From assembly GCF_030144855.1 (NCBI RefSeq), contig NC_082710.1, forward strand, positions 151,528,001-151,592,000: DNA of 64,000 nt, in the 5' to 3' direction. Made by a program: the position numbers and the translations under genes. The notes beneath the pieces were generated by a model. The model made no database searches and was not told where the DNA came from. It was given only the letters and a program-made list of their open reading frames with translations. Source of the stretch: Hypanus sabinus (Eukaryota). Each line of letters begins with the position of its first letter. The stretch's first letter is position 1. Positions 63,155-64,000 of the stretch are shown here, piece by piece.

Positions 63155-63915
63155 CACTACTCTCTAGCATCTCCATTCCCGCCACTGTTGAATCCATTTT
63201 ATTACATCAATGTTAATACCTAACAATTGAACCTTCCTAACTGACCTTCCGTGTGGAACCTTGTTAAAGTTCTTATTGAAGTACATATAGACAATGTTCA
63301 CTGCCTTACCCTCTTCAACTTTCCTCGTAACCTCTTCAAAAAATCAGTAAGATTTGTCAAATATGACCTTCCACACAAAAATCCATGCTGACTGTTCCTA
63401 ATCATACCCTGTCTATGCACATAATCCACATAATACCATCTGTAAGAATACTTTCCATTAATTTACCCACCACTGACGTCAAACTTAAAGGCCGATAATT
63501 GTTAGGTTTAGTCTTAGAACCCTATTTAAACAATGGAGCCATATAAGAAATTCGCCATTCTCCAGTACCATCCCCATTTCAAATGACATTTGAAATATTT
63601 CTGTCAGATCCCCTGCTATTTCTACACTAACGTCCCTCAAGCTCCTAGGGAATATCCTGTTAGGACTCGGAGACTTGTCCACATTTATATTTTAAAGCGC
63701 AGTAATTCCTCTTCTTTCATCATCATTGTTTCCATAACTACCCTACATGTTTCCCTTATCTTACCCAATTCAATATCCTTCTCTTTAGTGAATACCGAAG
63801 ATAATAAATTGTTCAAAATCTTCCCTATCTCTTTTGACTCCAAACAGAGCTGTCCAGTCTGATTCTCTAAGGGACCAATTTTATCCACCACTAACCTTTT
63901 GCTATTAATGTAACT
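63155..63915 (-). mobile_element. CR1/L3 RT fragment lacking its 3' end
   Basis: ORFs 63685..63954 (DKIGPLENQTGQLCLESKEIG) and 63485..63682 (DKSPSPNRIFPR). Confidence 0.85.
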
Positions 63916-64000
63916 GGAAATGTGGAGTTGCCGAGACCGAAGAAAAACCTTCATGGCAACAGCTGGAAGCCTCTGTTGTTAAATATTCTACACCTCCTGC

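Overview
This is eukaryotic genomic DNA, probably from a cartilaginous fish (inferred from the CR1 and HE1/V-type SINE repertoire and the receptor family). The great majority is decayed retroelement: CR1/L3, Rex1/Babar, a near-full-length L1, Penelope-like elements, Gypsy pol fragments, solo LTRs and a Dong/R4-clade relic. The only credible host genes form a minus-strand tandem array of two-exon class A GPCRs of the GPR139/GPR142-like type. Gene A, join(24225..24294,22792..23696), encodes 324 aa and is intact. Gene B, join(47299..47368,44590..45515), encodes 331 aa and is intact. A third copy survives only as a TM6-to-C-terminus remnant (62876..63150). A and B share a 70-nt first exon, a phase-1 intron, a TATA box and a 28/30-identical upstream motif with paired TAATCT sites. 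Also notable are a hammerhead-ribozyme core in a Penelope tail (58379..58414), the Dong/R4 element abutting a (TAA)18 array, and CpG enrichment around the receptor genes. TE boundaries are approximate unless a TSD or terminus is quoted; family calls rest on recognised motifs, with no database search run.
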